From the NCBI GenBank assembly GCA_965112735.1, contig OZ218961.1, forward strand, positions 2,542,001 to 2,606,000: a stretch of 64,000 nucleotides of DNA. Direction: 5' to 3'. A program made the translations under genes and the position numbers. The stretch is from Phaeosaccion multiseriatum (Eukaryota; Protista; Ochrophyta, other classes). The notes below the pieces were generated by a model that was not told the origin of the DNA, searched no databases, and was given only the letters and a program-made list of their open reading frames with translations. Positions 50,722 to 61,650 of this stretch are shown piece after piece; position 1 is the stretch's first letter; every line of letters begins with the position of its first letter.

Positions 50722-51499
50722 TACGCCTTCCCTTTTCTCTCTGCTTTTATGTATATATATAGATTGGGCCTCACTTCAAAAGGGCAAGGCGCAAGAAGGC
50801 GCAGCGACCAGAGGACGCTTCTCCTCAAGACGCAGTGGGAGGGGTGGGCAGCGGCACTTCTGCTGCGATGATGGACGCCGTAGCAAGTGCAGCGGCGGCG
50901 GCGGCGGACAGAGCAGCCTTGCTCTCCTCCTCGTCATCATCAGCGCGGGGGGCTGGAGGGGGGGTGGGGATGGGGGCCTCCATGGATACTTCGGCGGATG
51001 GGACCGGCAGTAGTGGGCACACGGCCATGACAGAGGCAGAAGCTGATGCAAAGGTCAGGGAATACGTGGGGAGTCTGCGAAGGAGGTTAGGGGCCAGGGC
51101 CGGGGGTCGACCACGACCACCTGACGAGGAGGGGACCCAGCAGCGCGGCAAGTATGTGCTGACGCCTGCGGATATGAGCGAGTATTTGCGGTTACAGAAG
51201 AGGGGGAGCAAGGGCCTGCTGCAGCGGTCTTTGTTCATGCTTCAAGGTGAAGGTATGGTGAAAGAGGGGATTGCTACAACGGCGCGCAAGAGGCAGGCGC
51301 AGTTTGAGCGAGAGAGTGCCCAGCGGGAGGAGCAGAGGCAGCAGCAGCAGGCACAGCACCAGCAGCAGCAGCAGGTACAGCAGCAGCAGCTGGCGAGGGA
51401 GCAGCAGCAGGCACAGCAGAGGCAGCAACAGTTGGTGATACAGCAGCAGCAACAGCAGTTACAGCAGTTACAGCAACAGCAGTTACAACAACAGCAGTT

Positions 51500-51530
<31 letters not shown>

Positions 51531-51800
51531 GTGCACGCGCCCCCACCCGCCATTGCCAGTGGTGCTAATGGGACGAACGCCGTGGTTGGAAGAGGCGCCG
51601 CGAGTGCTGCCGCTGCCGCTTCTGCTGCCGCGAGCGTCGTCGCCGCAGCCGGTGCGGCAGGTATCGGGTCGGGTGGGGCCGTCTTTCAGCATCTCAATGG
51701 GGGTCTTATTGGGGGTGTTAATGGCACCAGCAGCGGCAGCAGCGGCAATGGCTCGGTTGTAGCCAACGCCGACAACAGTGAAAAGAGCGTGGGCGTTTAA
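46529..51800 (+). CDS. Q/A-rich nuclear protein, possibly TAF4-like (histone fold plus conserved C-terminal helix). Exons ~46529-46613, 47056-47446, 48273-48447, 48682-49002, 49468-50436, 50763-51800
   Basis: Frame-consistent GT-AG model. CEIVSQAVQQYVKAAMECMVRASAQWR resembles the TAF4 histone-fold alpha2 helix, and VLTPADMSEYLRLQKRGSKGLLQRSLF resembles the TAF4 C-terminal motif. The gene is well supported; the family call is tentative. Confidence 0.5.
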
Positions 51801-52608
51801 GTAGGTGCCACCCTCCACTTTTGTTGTTGCGTTTCGTCTGTTTCCAAGGGCCCGAGGGAAGGGTGCCCTGTGGAGAAGCAGCAGACAACACAGATAGTTA
51901 CGACAGTTACGTCTGTTGTCGGCCGTTGGTTCGCTGTGTCTCTCGATAGTGGTCGGTGTGGGTGTCGGTGCTTTTATGTTTCAATACTGTTCACGGCTGT
52001 TCAGGACGGCACACACACACACACCCATTCGGAGCTCAGACTCAAGTTTATTTCAAATTGGATGAATGAGTACTCTAGACAGTTTGACATTACAGCATTT
52101 GTCGAGGGCATCCATCGATCGTCTCTTTGATCGCAAGCCGCCTTGTTGCTTCTTGTGCCCTCTGCTCTTCCAAAGCCCCCAAGCTCTTGATTTACCAACG
52201 GCCATGTCATTTTTTTTATTTTTTTTTAAAACTTGGCATAGTCTCACAACCCCCTCCTCCCCTCCCCCTTCGACCGCTTCGACCTATCCGACCGATGGAT
52301 CCCCAGAGAGAGAGAGAGAGAGAGAGATGAGGCTCTCACTCCAGTCCTTCCTTCGCCCCCCCCCCTCTCCGTCTCCCTTGTTCTGTGATACCTATAATAA
52401 TGGCATGTACAAGTACGTACTGCCTTACGTAGCCTTTACGTACATGCCATCAAACTCTCCCCCCCCCCTTACAGACAAGGCCAGACACGGATGGTCCTCT
52501 ATGGCTCTTTGACCCTCCCTCTCTCCTCCAGTCAAAGCCTCCAAATCGATCGTGTCCAAAACGTCGTTGGTGGGAAAGGACTAATAATAAGCTAAGCTAA
52601 GCGGAAGG

Positions 52609-52677
52609 GAAGGGTAACCAAGTGCTCTACTCAAGGGCAACCAAGTGCTCTACTGAAGGGTAACCAAGTGCTCTACT
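52609..52677. repeat. 23-bp tandem triplication overlapping the stop codon of the KH-SAM-RING gene
   Basis: GAAGGGTAACCAAGTGCTCTACT x3; the middle copy has 2 substitutions. Confidence 0.92.
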
Positions 52678-53363
52678 GGGATTCTGCACACCGGACATGG
52701 TCGGTGAAGGACATCTGGTATGCAGGCTTGGCAGCAGAGCATGTGCCCACAAGGCTCTGCTACGTATCTGCCCGCCTCTTCTGTCACCGGGTCCATGCAA
52801 ATCACGCATTCAAAGTAGGACTGCACGGGGGCAACGGTGTCATGGTCCTGTTGTTGTGGTGTTGTTATGGTGTTGTTGTGGTGTTGTTGTGGTGTTGTTG
52901 TAGTGTTGTTGTAGTGTTGTTGTGGTGTTGTTGTGGTGTTGTTGTGGTGTTGTTGTAGTGTTGTTGTGGTGTTGTTGTGGTGTTGTTGTGGTGTTGTTGT
53001 GGTGTTGTTGTGGTGTTGTTGTGGTGTTGTTGTGGTGTTGTTGTGGTGGTGTTGTGGTGTTGTTGTGGTGTTGTTGTGGTGTTGTTGTGGTGTTGTTGTA
53101 GTGTTGTTGTGGTGTTGTTGTGGTGTTGTTGTGGTGTTGTTGTGGTGGGGAAGAGGTTGAGAGAGAAGGGGGTGGTGGTGAGGGGGGTGGGGGTGGGGGA
53201 GGAAGAGAAGAGAAAGAGAGGACAGAGTAAGCGAATGTGTGTACGTGTGAGTACATCAGAAGGGGGGTGTGTGCACAGCAGCAGTACAAGTAGGAGTAGT
53301 AATACGAATGGTAAAAAGGAGTACATAATAGTGGTGGTGAAGTAGTAGTAGTAGTAGTAGAAT

Positions 53364-53443
<80 letters not shown>

Positions 53444-54259
53444 AAGAAGAAGAAAAAGTAGTAGTAGTAGTAGGAGGAGAAGTAGGAGGAGGGGTACGAA
53501 GGCAGTTGCTTACCCGAAGAGCTTTGAGGATGCGCATTCTTGGGCCCTTGGGGATGCCCAATTCGGCAAACTCGGCGTCGGAGAAGAGCTTGGCGGTGCT
53601 GAAGTCCTCCACGCCGTTCTCCTGCACGCACGCACACGCGTACACACGCATACACACGCATACACAGAGAGAGAGAGAAAGAGAGAGAGGAGAGAGAGAG
53701 AGAGAGAGAGAGAGAAAGAAAGAAAGAGAGGAGAGAGAGAGAGATTCGGACGAACGTATGGTGAGGGTTAGCGCGGAGAAGACTAAGGATACTTGATAGA
53801 TACAAGGGTCCCTTCTCGATGCTCAAACTCAAATGGAGAGTACCTGAGCTGTGTTACTGAGGGTAGGGGTAGCCGATGTCACTCACTCACTCAGTCACTC
53901 AGTCACTCAGTCACTCAGTCACTCAGTCACTCAGTCACTCAGTCACTCAGTCACTCAGTCACTCAGTCACTCAGTCACTCAGTCACTCAGGTGGATCAGC
54001 TCTGGACGTCACGTCACCCTCTTACCCACCTCAAAGTTCTGTACGTAGGCCTGGCAGTTGATGGAGCACATCAACGCCACAAGCCTTGGCCAATCCTCCG
54101 AGGTTGCGGCACCGCCAATGGTCAGAGCAGCCGCCGCAGCCGCCTCCATGCCTCGAGGAGGGGGGGGGGGCTGATGGGATTGGTGGAGAGGAGCTTGGGG
54201 CGTCGCCATACCCAACCCCATCCCCATACCCACCTGTTGCTGCGGTGGGGCGTAGTGCT

Positions 54260-54290
<31 letters not shown>

Positions 54291-55762
54291 TTGTTGTTGT
54301 TGTTGTTGTTGCTGCTGCTGCTGTGGAGGGTAGTGCGAGGCAGGGGGCAATACGGCTGAGGCTAATGCTGCGTCAGGCGGCGGTGCCGAGGTGTACGTCA
54401 CTGAATGATGTTCCGTGGGCGCTGCAGAGGCTCTTCCGTGTAGCAATCCCACCATGTCTTGCGCAGGGGCCAAACCGCCGAATCCACCACCCAGCTGACC
54501 AAAAGCCTCTGCTCCTCCTCCTCCTCCTCCTCCACTCTCCTCCATTGGAGTCACTTCCTCCTCCATCCCATCCCCGTAACCGCCGAAACCGCCAACGCCG
54601 CCGCCGGATGACAGGTGGCCTCCGGGGGGAGCCCCCACCGCCCTTCCTCCTCCTCCTCCTCTTACTGCTGGTGCCGCCGCCGCCGACGCTGCTGCTGTCC
54701 GTGCCGGTGCTGCTGCATGACCAACTGCTGCAGCTGATGGAGGGTTAGCGTACGGGTCGTCCTGGAAGTACTCCTCCCCCAGCTTGGCGGCGATACGCGA
54801 TACCACCAACTTGGTACCCGCCTCCACCGCCGAAGCCGACCCTTTGATGATGAAGTGAGTCCCCTCCTTACCCTGGGGTTTGGCCTCCATATAAGCCCCG
54901 CTCTTCTTCATCAGGTCTTTGATGGTGGCTCCCTTTTGCCCGATGAGAGGGCCTGAAAGGAGCGGTGGAGGGATGGTACAGGGACAAGAGGGGAAGGGGG
55001 GGGGGGGGGGGTTACAAGAGAAGGACACATGGGGCGGGCATCGGGCGGTGAGAAGGAACAGTCAGACAGGGGCACACACACACACACAAAAGAGAGGGTG
55101 AGTCTGAGATTACTATACAAAAAAAGCCTTCTCCTCTTCTTCCTTCTCCTCCTCCTCCTCCTCCTCCTCCTCCTTCTCCTCCGCCTCCTCCTCCTCCTCC
55201 TCCTCCTCCTCCTCGACGTTCCCCACCCCCCCCACAACCCACACACGCACCGACGACGTTTTTCTGCGAGGGATACCCACCGATGACATTTCTGTCGGAT
55301 GGACACAAAACGATGCAAAACACATCATTGGGTCGGGTCTTGGTGTGCACTTTGCCGCCGTGGGAAGGTGTGGTGCCTGCCAGAGTATCGGACTGCGCAT
55401 CTCGGGCGGCGCTGTTGTGGCGGGCCTGTTGCACGCTTGCTTCAATGTCTTTCTTTGCTAAGTCCACCTAGGTGGAGTAGATAGTGTGGTTTACGAGTGA
55501 TTGACGGAGGGAGGGAGGGAGGGAGGGAGTGGGTGAGTGAGTAAGTGAGTGAGTGAGTGAGTAAGTGAGAGAGTGGGTGAGTGAGTGAGTGAGTGCGTGA
55601 GTGAGTGAGTGCGTAGAGGGATGAGTGAGGGATGGAGCTAGTGAGGAGTGAGTGATGGTGCCACATGAGCACGAGCACCACGACGACACAGCAAGACACC
55701 ACACGAGGGGTGAGAGGAGGGGCACGCAAGCACACACACAAACACACATACACACAAGCACG

Positions 55763-55804
<42 letters not shown>

Positions 55805-57917
55805 CACACACACACACGCACACACACGCACACACACACGCACACACACGCACACACACACACACACGCACACACACACACACACACACACGCACGCACA
55901 CACACACGCACACACACACCCACACACGACACGCCCTTACCCTCTGAACAGAGCCGTAGAGATAGAGCTTGCACGGAGAGTGCCACGCGCCGCCTTGATC
56001 AAGCCAATATTGCACTTTCCTCTCCTTCTCGATTCTCTTCATGTTCACGCCGCCCGTCCCTAAAACCCAACCCACGTAGGCACGGTCGATGTGTACGGTG
56101 CTCCTAGGCACCAGACCCTTGAGGTAGTTGGGTTGCTGAGGGGAGGGTGGGGAGGGTAGGCAGGGAGGGAGGTGGCGGGGGAGGGGGGGGGTGAGAGGGT
56201 GAGGGTGAGGGTGAGGGGAGGGAGATGGGTGAGGGAGCAAAGGAGGAGGGTGAGGGATGGAGGCAGGTATCGGGGGGGGGGGGGAGGAGAACGGGACAAG
56301 TTATACACTCTCACGAAGGGAGAGGAGATGCAGGGAGGGGTGAGGGGACAGGAAAGGACACTACAGTTTCAGTTTTGATGTCTTGTCTCACACGCACCAC
56401 GGACTCAGGATGCTCGGCAGCATTCTTTTGTTGCTGGATCCTTAAGTAGCGGTTCTCAGCTCCAGCTCTATGAAGATTGCTGCCTCCTGCTCCTGGAGCT
56501 GCAGTCCACACTCCTCCGGCTGGTTTGCTGTTGGCCTCCTCCCAGCGCTCCTTGTCCGCCTTCTCCATTTTCTTCTTGTGTTTGATTGCCCTCTTGCGAA
56601 TGCTCGCCATACCTGCGCCGCAAGGAGAGTGAGAGAGGGAGGGAGGGAGGGGGGGAGGGAGGGAGGGAGAGAGAGAGGGAGGGAGAGAGGGAGGGGGGGA
56701 GGGAGGGAGGGAGGGAGGGAGGGAGGGAGGGAGTGGAGTAAGCAAAAGGGGTAGCAGGTAGGCGCTAGTGACAACTGAGGGCTCAACCGGTACTAAAGGA
56801 TCGGAGACGGATGGACGACTTTAGGACTGACTGGGATGGTCTATACTGAGATGGATGGACGACTTTAGGACTGACTGGGATGGTCTTTACTGCCTGGGTT
56901 TGGGAGCCGTTCTCCTTTCTCGTGCCCGTTGGACCTTGGCATCCACACCTCTCCTTCTCTCCTTCCTCAAATAAATGTAATCCTTCAAAGACTTCAGCGC
57001 CAACCAATCGGTCCCCATCGATTTGACTGCTGTATCACCAACAGCTGTACCACCACTCTCACCCGGGGTGCCCTTTGACTCCTTGATGATCTTGTCAATC
57101 TCCGTGACGTCGCTGCGCTGAATGGCTCTGTTGAGTCGAGTCTCGAAGGGGTTCTCCGCCAGAGATTGCTTCGTCACGTGCGCCTGAAGGGAGGGAGAGA
57201 GGGAGAGAGAGGGAGAGAGAGGGAGGAGAGAGGGAGAGGGAGAGGGAGAGAGGAGGGAGAGAGGGAGAGAGAGGGAGGAGGGAGGAGGGGGGGAGGGAGA
57301 GAGGGAGGGAGGGAGAGGGGGAGAGAGGGAGAGAGGAAGAGAGGAGGGAGGGAGGGAGGGAGGGAGGGAGAGAGGGAGAGAGGGAGAGAGGAAGAGAGGG
57401 AGGGAGGGAGGGAGGGAGGGAGGGAGGGAGGGAGGGAGGGAGGGAGGGAGGGAGGGAGGGAGGGAGGAAGGAGGGAGGGACGGGGGGGGGAGGAAGTGAG
57501 GGAGGGGGGGAGGGAGGGAGGGAGGGAGGAGGGAGGGACGGGGGGGGGAGGAAGTGAGGGGAAGGGAGCGCGAAAACAGAAAGGAACCACGCCGAAAGAA
57601 ACGCCCTGCTCGCACCTCCCACTTTTCTCACTGTCTCCCACCCTCCCCCTACAGTGGACGAATTGGGCACCCAATACCTAACTGCCAACATCATGTCCCT
57701 TTGTCCTCCTACCCTCTCCTCCAGTGGTACGACCTACATTCCTCTCTCTAAAGGACGCATTGGGTGTATCCAAGACCCAATACCTCTAAGACCTTAAGAC
57801 CCCCACCCCGGCGATGTTATCCCTTTTCGTCTCTCTCTCTCCCTCTCTCTCTCGGACCCCCGTCTCCCTGGCTCTGTCTCTCTTTCTCTTTCTCTCCCTG
57901 TCTTTCTTGCGTTCTTT

Positions 57918-57972
<55 letters not shown>

Positions 57973-58101
57973 CCTTTCCTTCTTTCTCTCTCTCCCTCTC
58001 CCTTTTCGCCTCACCTCGAGTTCGTCTTCCTCGTGGGGAGGCTTGTGCATGACCTCCTCTCCCCACTCCTCCCACACCTCCTCCTCATACTCATACTCCT
58101 C

Positions 58102-58138
<37 letters not shown>

Positions 58139-60801
58139 CCCTGCCTTCGGTTTCGGTTATTGCCGTTGCTATGGTCATTCCTTCCACCACCAGCACCATC
58201 AGCAACTCGCGGTGGCGGTGAGCTGGAGTGATCCCGAAGTGCCTCAGCGATGGCAGCCTCGGTCAGAGCCCTCTCCTCCTCTGCTTCCTCCCTCTGTCGC
58301 TGCAGTACCTCCGCCTCCCACCGGGCCTCCTCCTGTGCCTGAGTGGCCGCAGACGATCCCGCTCCCCCACCTGCCCCTTCCTTGAGCTTTTGCACATCGA
58401 TTTGAGCCATCTCAGAAAGCGCTTCCACCACCTGTACCGCGTCGCCTTCGGACTCTTCCCAAAACATGTCAATGACGACTGTGGTGGGAGGATACATAAG
58501 TCAATGGGTGGGTGGGTGGATGGGTGGGTGGGAGAGTGAGTGAGTGGGTGGGTGGATTGGTGAGAGAGCGGGTGGGAGGATACGTAAGTCAATGGGTGGG
58601 TGAGAGGGTGGGTGGGTGGGTGAGTGGGTCAGTGGGTGGGTACGATGCGTGGGTGGGTGGGAGAGTGGGAGAGTGGATGAGTGGGTGGGCGGGAGAGTGG
58701 GAGAGTGGATGAGTGGGTGGGCGGGAGAGTGGGAGAGTGGATGAGTGGGTGGGCGGGAGAGTGGGAGAGTGGATAGGTGGGTGGGCGGGTTGGTGGGTGG
58801 GGAAGTGGGTGGGAGGGTGAGTTGTGGGTGGATCCTCCCTAGCGCCCCCCCCCCCCGCCCTCCAAGGCTGAGTTTCCCAACCCAAACAACAACCCACCCA
58901 CCCACCCACCCACCCACTCATTGACTTATGTATCCGTCCAGTCCACCCACCTTCAATTTCCTCGAACTGTCCAGTGAAGTAGCGCAAGATCTCCTTCTTG
59001 TTGGTCTTGGCTTCCCTCCTCACCACCCTACGCACGTACTTAACCCTCTGCATGTCCGTCAGAGGTGGAGGCGACTGAGCATTCCCACCAGCCTTGGTAC
59101 TCCCACCAGCCTTGGTACCAGCTTTGGCACCTGACTTGGACGCGGAAGGGGCTGGGGTTGTGGCTGAGGCTGCGGGTCGGGCTGCTGCCGGAGATGGGGT
59201 TGGAGCAGCAGGGGCAGCAGCAGCGGCAGCAGCGGCAGCGGCAGCGGCCGCAGCAGCGGCGGCCGCTTCCTTCTTGCTCTTAGCTTTATCCTTCTTCCTC
59301 CTATTCTTGCTCTGCTTCTGCGGCTGACCGCCATTGGTGGCGGCAGCAGCGGTAGCAGCAGCAGCAGCAGCAGTAGAAGCAGCAGCAGCAGCAGCGGCGG
59401 CGGCGGCCGCAGTTTCTGCCTCTCGACGTTTCTGTGCTTCCCTATCCCCCGCATCGTCGTGTCCGTTTGCTTCTCCTCCTTCTCCTCCTCCTCCTCCTTC
59501 TCCCCCCACTCCTCCTTCTCCTCCTTCTCCTCCTCCTCCTGCTGCTCCTGCTCCTTCAATCACGTCCTGAAGCACAGCCCTCGCAGCCTTTCTGTCCTTC
59601 TTGCTCGGTTTCTGGGGTGGGTCGGTCAGAGCGCGGAATTTATGGATAGGACGTGGAGAGAAGCAATGATTCGGAAACCCAAGGAGGAGGAGGAGGAGGA
59701 GGACAACAGCAACGACAGTAACGAAGACGACGACAACAACAACAACCAACAACAACAACAGCAACAACAACAACAACAACAACAACAACAACGGGAAGAG
59801 GGAGTTTAAAGAGGTACGGGGAAGGTATAGGTGGAGATGGATACAAAGGAATCAAGTAGGTAAGAGAAGACAGAAGGAGAGAGACTACGCCTGCCCCTAC
59901 TGACTTCACTTCTCTTCACTCACTCCTTCGCTCCCTTACTCCCCGCCCCGCCACAGTGACTCACTCACTGCTTCTGTCTGACTTGACTTGAATGCCTGTC
60001 CACTGCCTGAAGACTGCCTCCTGCCTGAAGCTCACCACCTTTGACAACTCTACTCACCGCGCCGCAGAGAAAGCACGCTTTCTTCTCCGCGATACACAGG
60101 GCGCATGCCTCGGCCTCGCACTCCTCGCAGGGGATGAGCGTGGTACTGTGCTCAGAGCAGACCTGCCAGTTCGAGTCGCAGTCCTCCGAGTCACAGACCA
60201 GCACACACTCCTCGCACAGCGCCGAGTGGCACACGCTACAGGGGACCTGACAGTCTTTACAGACGGTCTCCTCGCAGCCGTCCCCCTGACAGCAGAGGCA
60301 GCAGGCGCCGCTGTCTCCGTCTTCATCGTCCTTGCCCGGGAAAGATGTCGCCTTTTGTTGTTTGAAGAGAGAGAGAGAGAGAGAGAGGGGACAGGGAGAG
60401 ACAGAGAGAGAGAGTAGGATCGGGTACGGGGGGGGGCGCAATCGGTTAGCGCCTCCCTGTCTTCCTGCTGCGTACCAGAAGCACACCTCTCGAGGGTGAC
60501 CAAATCCACACATGACCCCTTTTGTAGCACTTGCTTCGACTTGGGGCAGCAGGATCACGCCAGTAGAGGAAACAAGAAAGAACCGACTCCCTCTCCACCC
60601 CCCTCTCGCCGCTGTCATATGGCTAGGCCTCACCGAATCCGAGAAGCACACTCGCTTGTAGCAGCTCGTGCAGTGGTCAATCTCCAGATCCTCTCTCACG
60701 CATGTGCCGCAGATGTGCACGCCGCACAGCTCGCAGCCCTCCAGCCCCTCCTTCCCGCCGCACTCAATACAACCTCCATTGCCTTTCTTATTTGCGGGCA
60801 T
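52650..60801 (-). CDS. Multidomain RNA-binding E3 ligase candidate: Cys-rich Zn-binding N-terminus, CUE-like, 2 KH, SAM, C-terminal C3HC4 RING. Exons ~60801-60634, 60351-~60000, ~59611-58951, 58478-58015, 57183-56949, 56612-~56365, 56135-55941, 55467-55281, 54952-54030, 53621-53514, 52847-52650
   Basis: KH1 VGWVLGTGGVNMKRIE; KH2 IG|PLIGQKGATIKDLMKKSGA; SAM AYVQNFE|ENGVEDFSTAKLFSDAEFAELGIPKGPRMRILKAL; RING ECVICMD...EPCGHMLCCQAC....RPCPVCR (last exon not shown in the ORF track). Linkage of the Cys-rich 5' exons to the rest is the least certain part. Confidence 0.78.
53884..53990 (+). repeat. (AGTCACTC)n octamer array in an intron
   Basis: Direct reading. Confidence 0.92.
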
Positions 60802-61074
60802 TATATCTCTTCTTCCCCCTCCTCCCTCTCCTCTCCTTCCCTCCTCCTTCTCCTTTCACTATATTCTCCCCAATCGCGAGCCCTCGATCGGCCCAACCCT
60901 GCTTATCTAAATAACAAATAGCAGCACTTCATCAAAGGGTTGTTTCTTTTTTTCATCATTATTTGTGTCGCCGCCCCAGAGAGATTGAAAGGGTTGAAAT
61001 GCCTTACGTAAGGGCCAACATCGCCCATCGAGGCCCAGGCCTCAGCAAGGCCCGAAACCCCCCTCCTGATCAAC

Positions 61075-61280
61075 GATCAACCCCTGATACACCATCGCCC
61101 ACATTCTCGATAGCGCGCTATCGGCCGGCGCCAGCCGGCGCAGATAGTCGATAGCGCGCCATCGGCCGCCGGCGATAGCGGATAGCGCGCCGGCTGGCGC
61201 CGGCCGATAGCGGATAGCACGCCCCCCCCCCCAAAGCCGGCTGGCGCCGGCGATAGCGGATAGTGTATCAGGGGTTGATC
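61075..61280. mobile_element. MITE-like element, ~206 bp, 18-bp perfect TIRs, palindromic GC-rich interior
   Basis: GATCAACCCCTGATACAC (61075-61092) is the reverse complement of 61263-61280. The interior is built from CGATAGCG and GCCGGCTGGCGCCGGC units. Confidence 0.75.
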
Positions 61281-61355
61281 CTGACAGAGACTGACACTAC
61301 GCGTTCCTCTGGGCAATCATTAACTTCACGTAAAACAACGGCCGCTCAGGCGCGT

Positions 61356-61412
<57 letters not shown>

Positions 61413-61650
61413 AGCACACCACTAACTAAACTGTCGGGCACAATCCCCTATACCCAGACAAGAAAACCCCAGGGGGAGTATGTCAATATCGAACACCACA
61501 AATGGGGTCGATACAATATCCATCTCAAACCCTCCCCGCTTGCTTCCATCACTCTCACCAACCAACAAACTAAAACCAAAACTCACGCCTTGTTTAGGAC
61601 TACGAAATACTTCGTAGACCCCCTTATATCTCCTTTCCTCCTCCATACAC

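Noticed and set aside
56810-56886. ~39-bp direct duplication (and a ~135-bp one at ~36050-36310)
   Set aside because: Local intronic tandem duplications with no element hallmarks.
15879-60801. A functional cluster of RNA-metabolism genes (DDX6, NYN, bS21, PPR, RPL39, KH-RING)
   Set aside because: The products act in different compartments and are interspersed with unrelated genes; there is no evidence beyond co-location.
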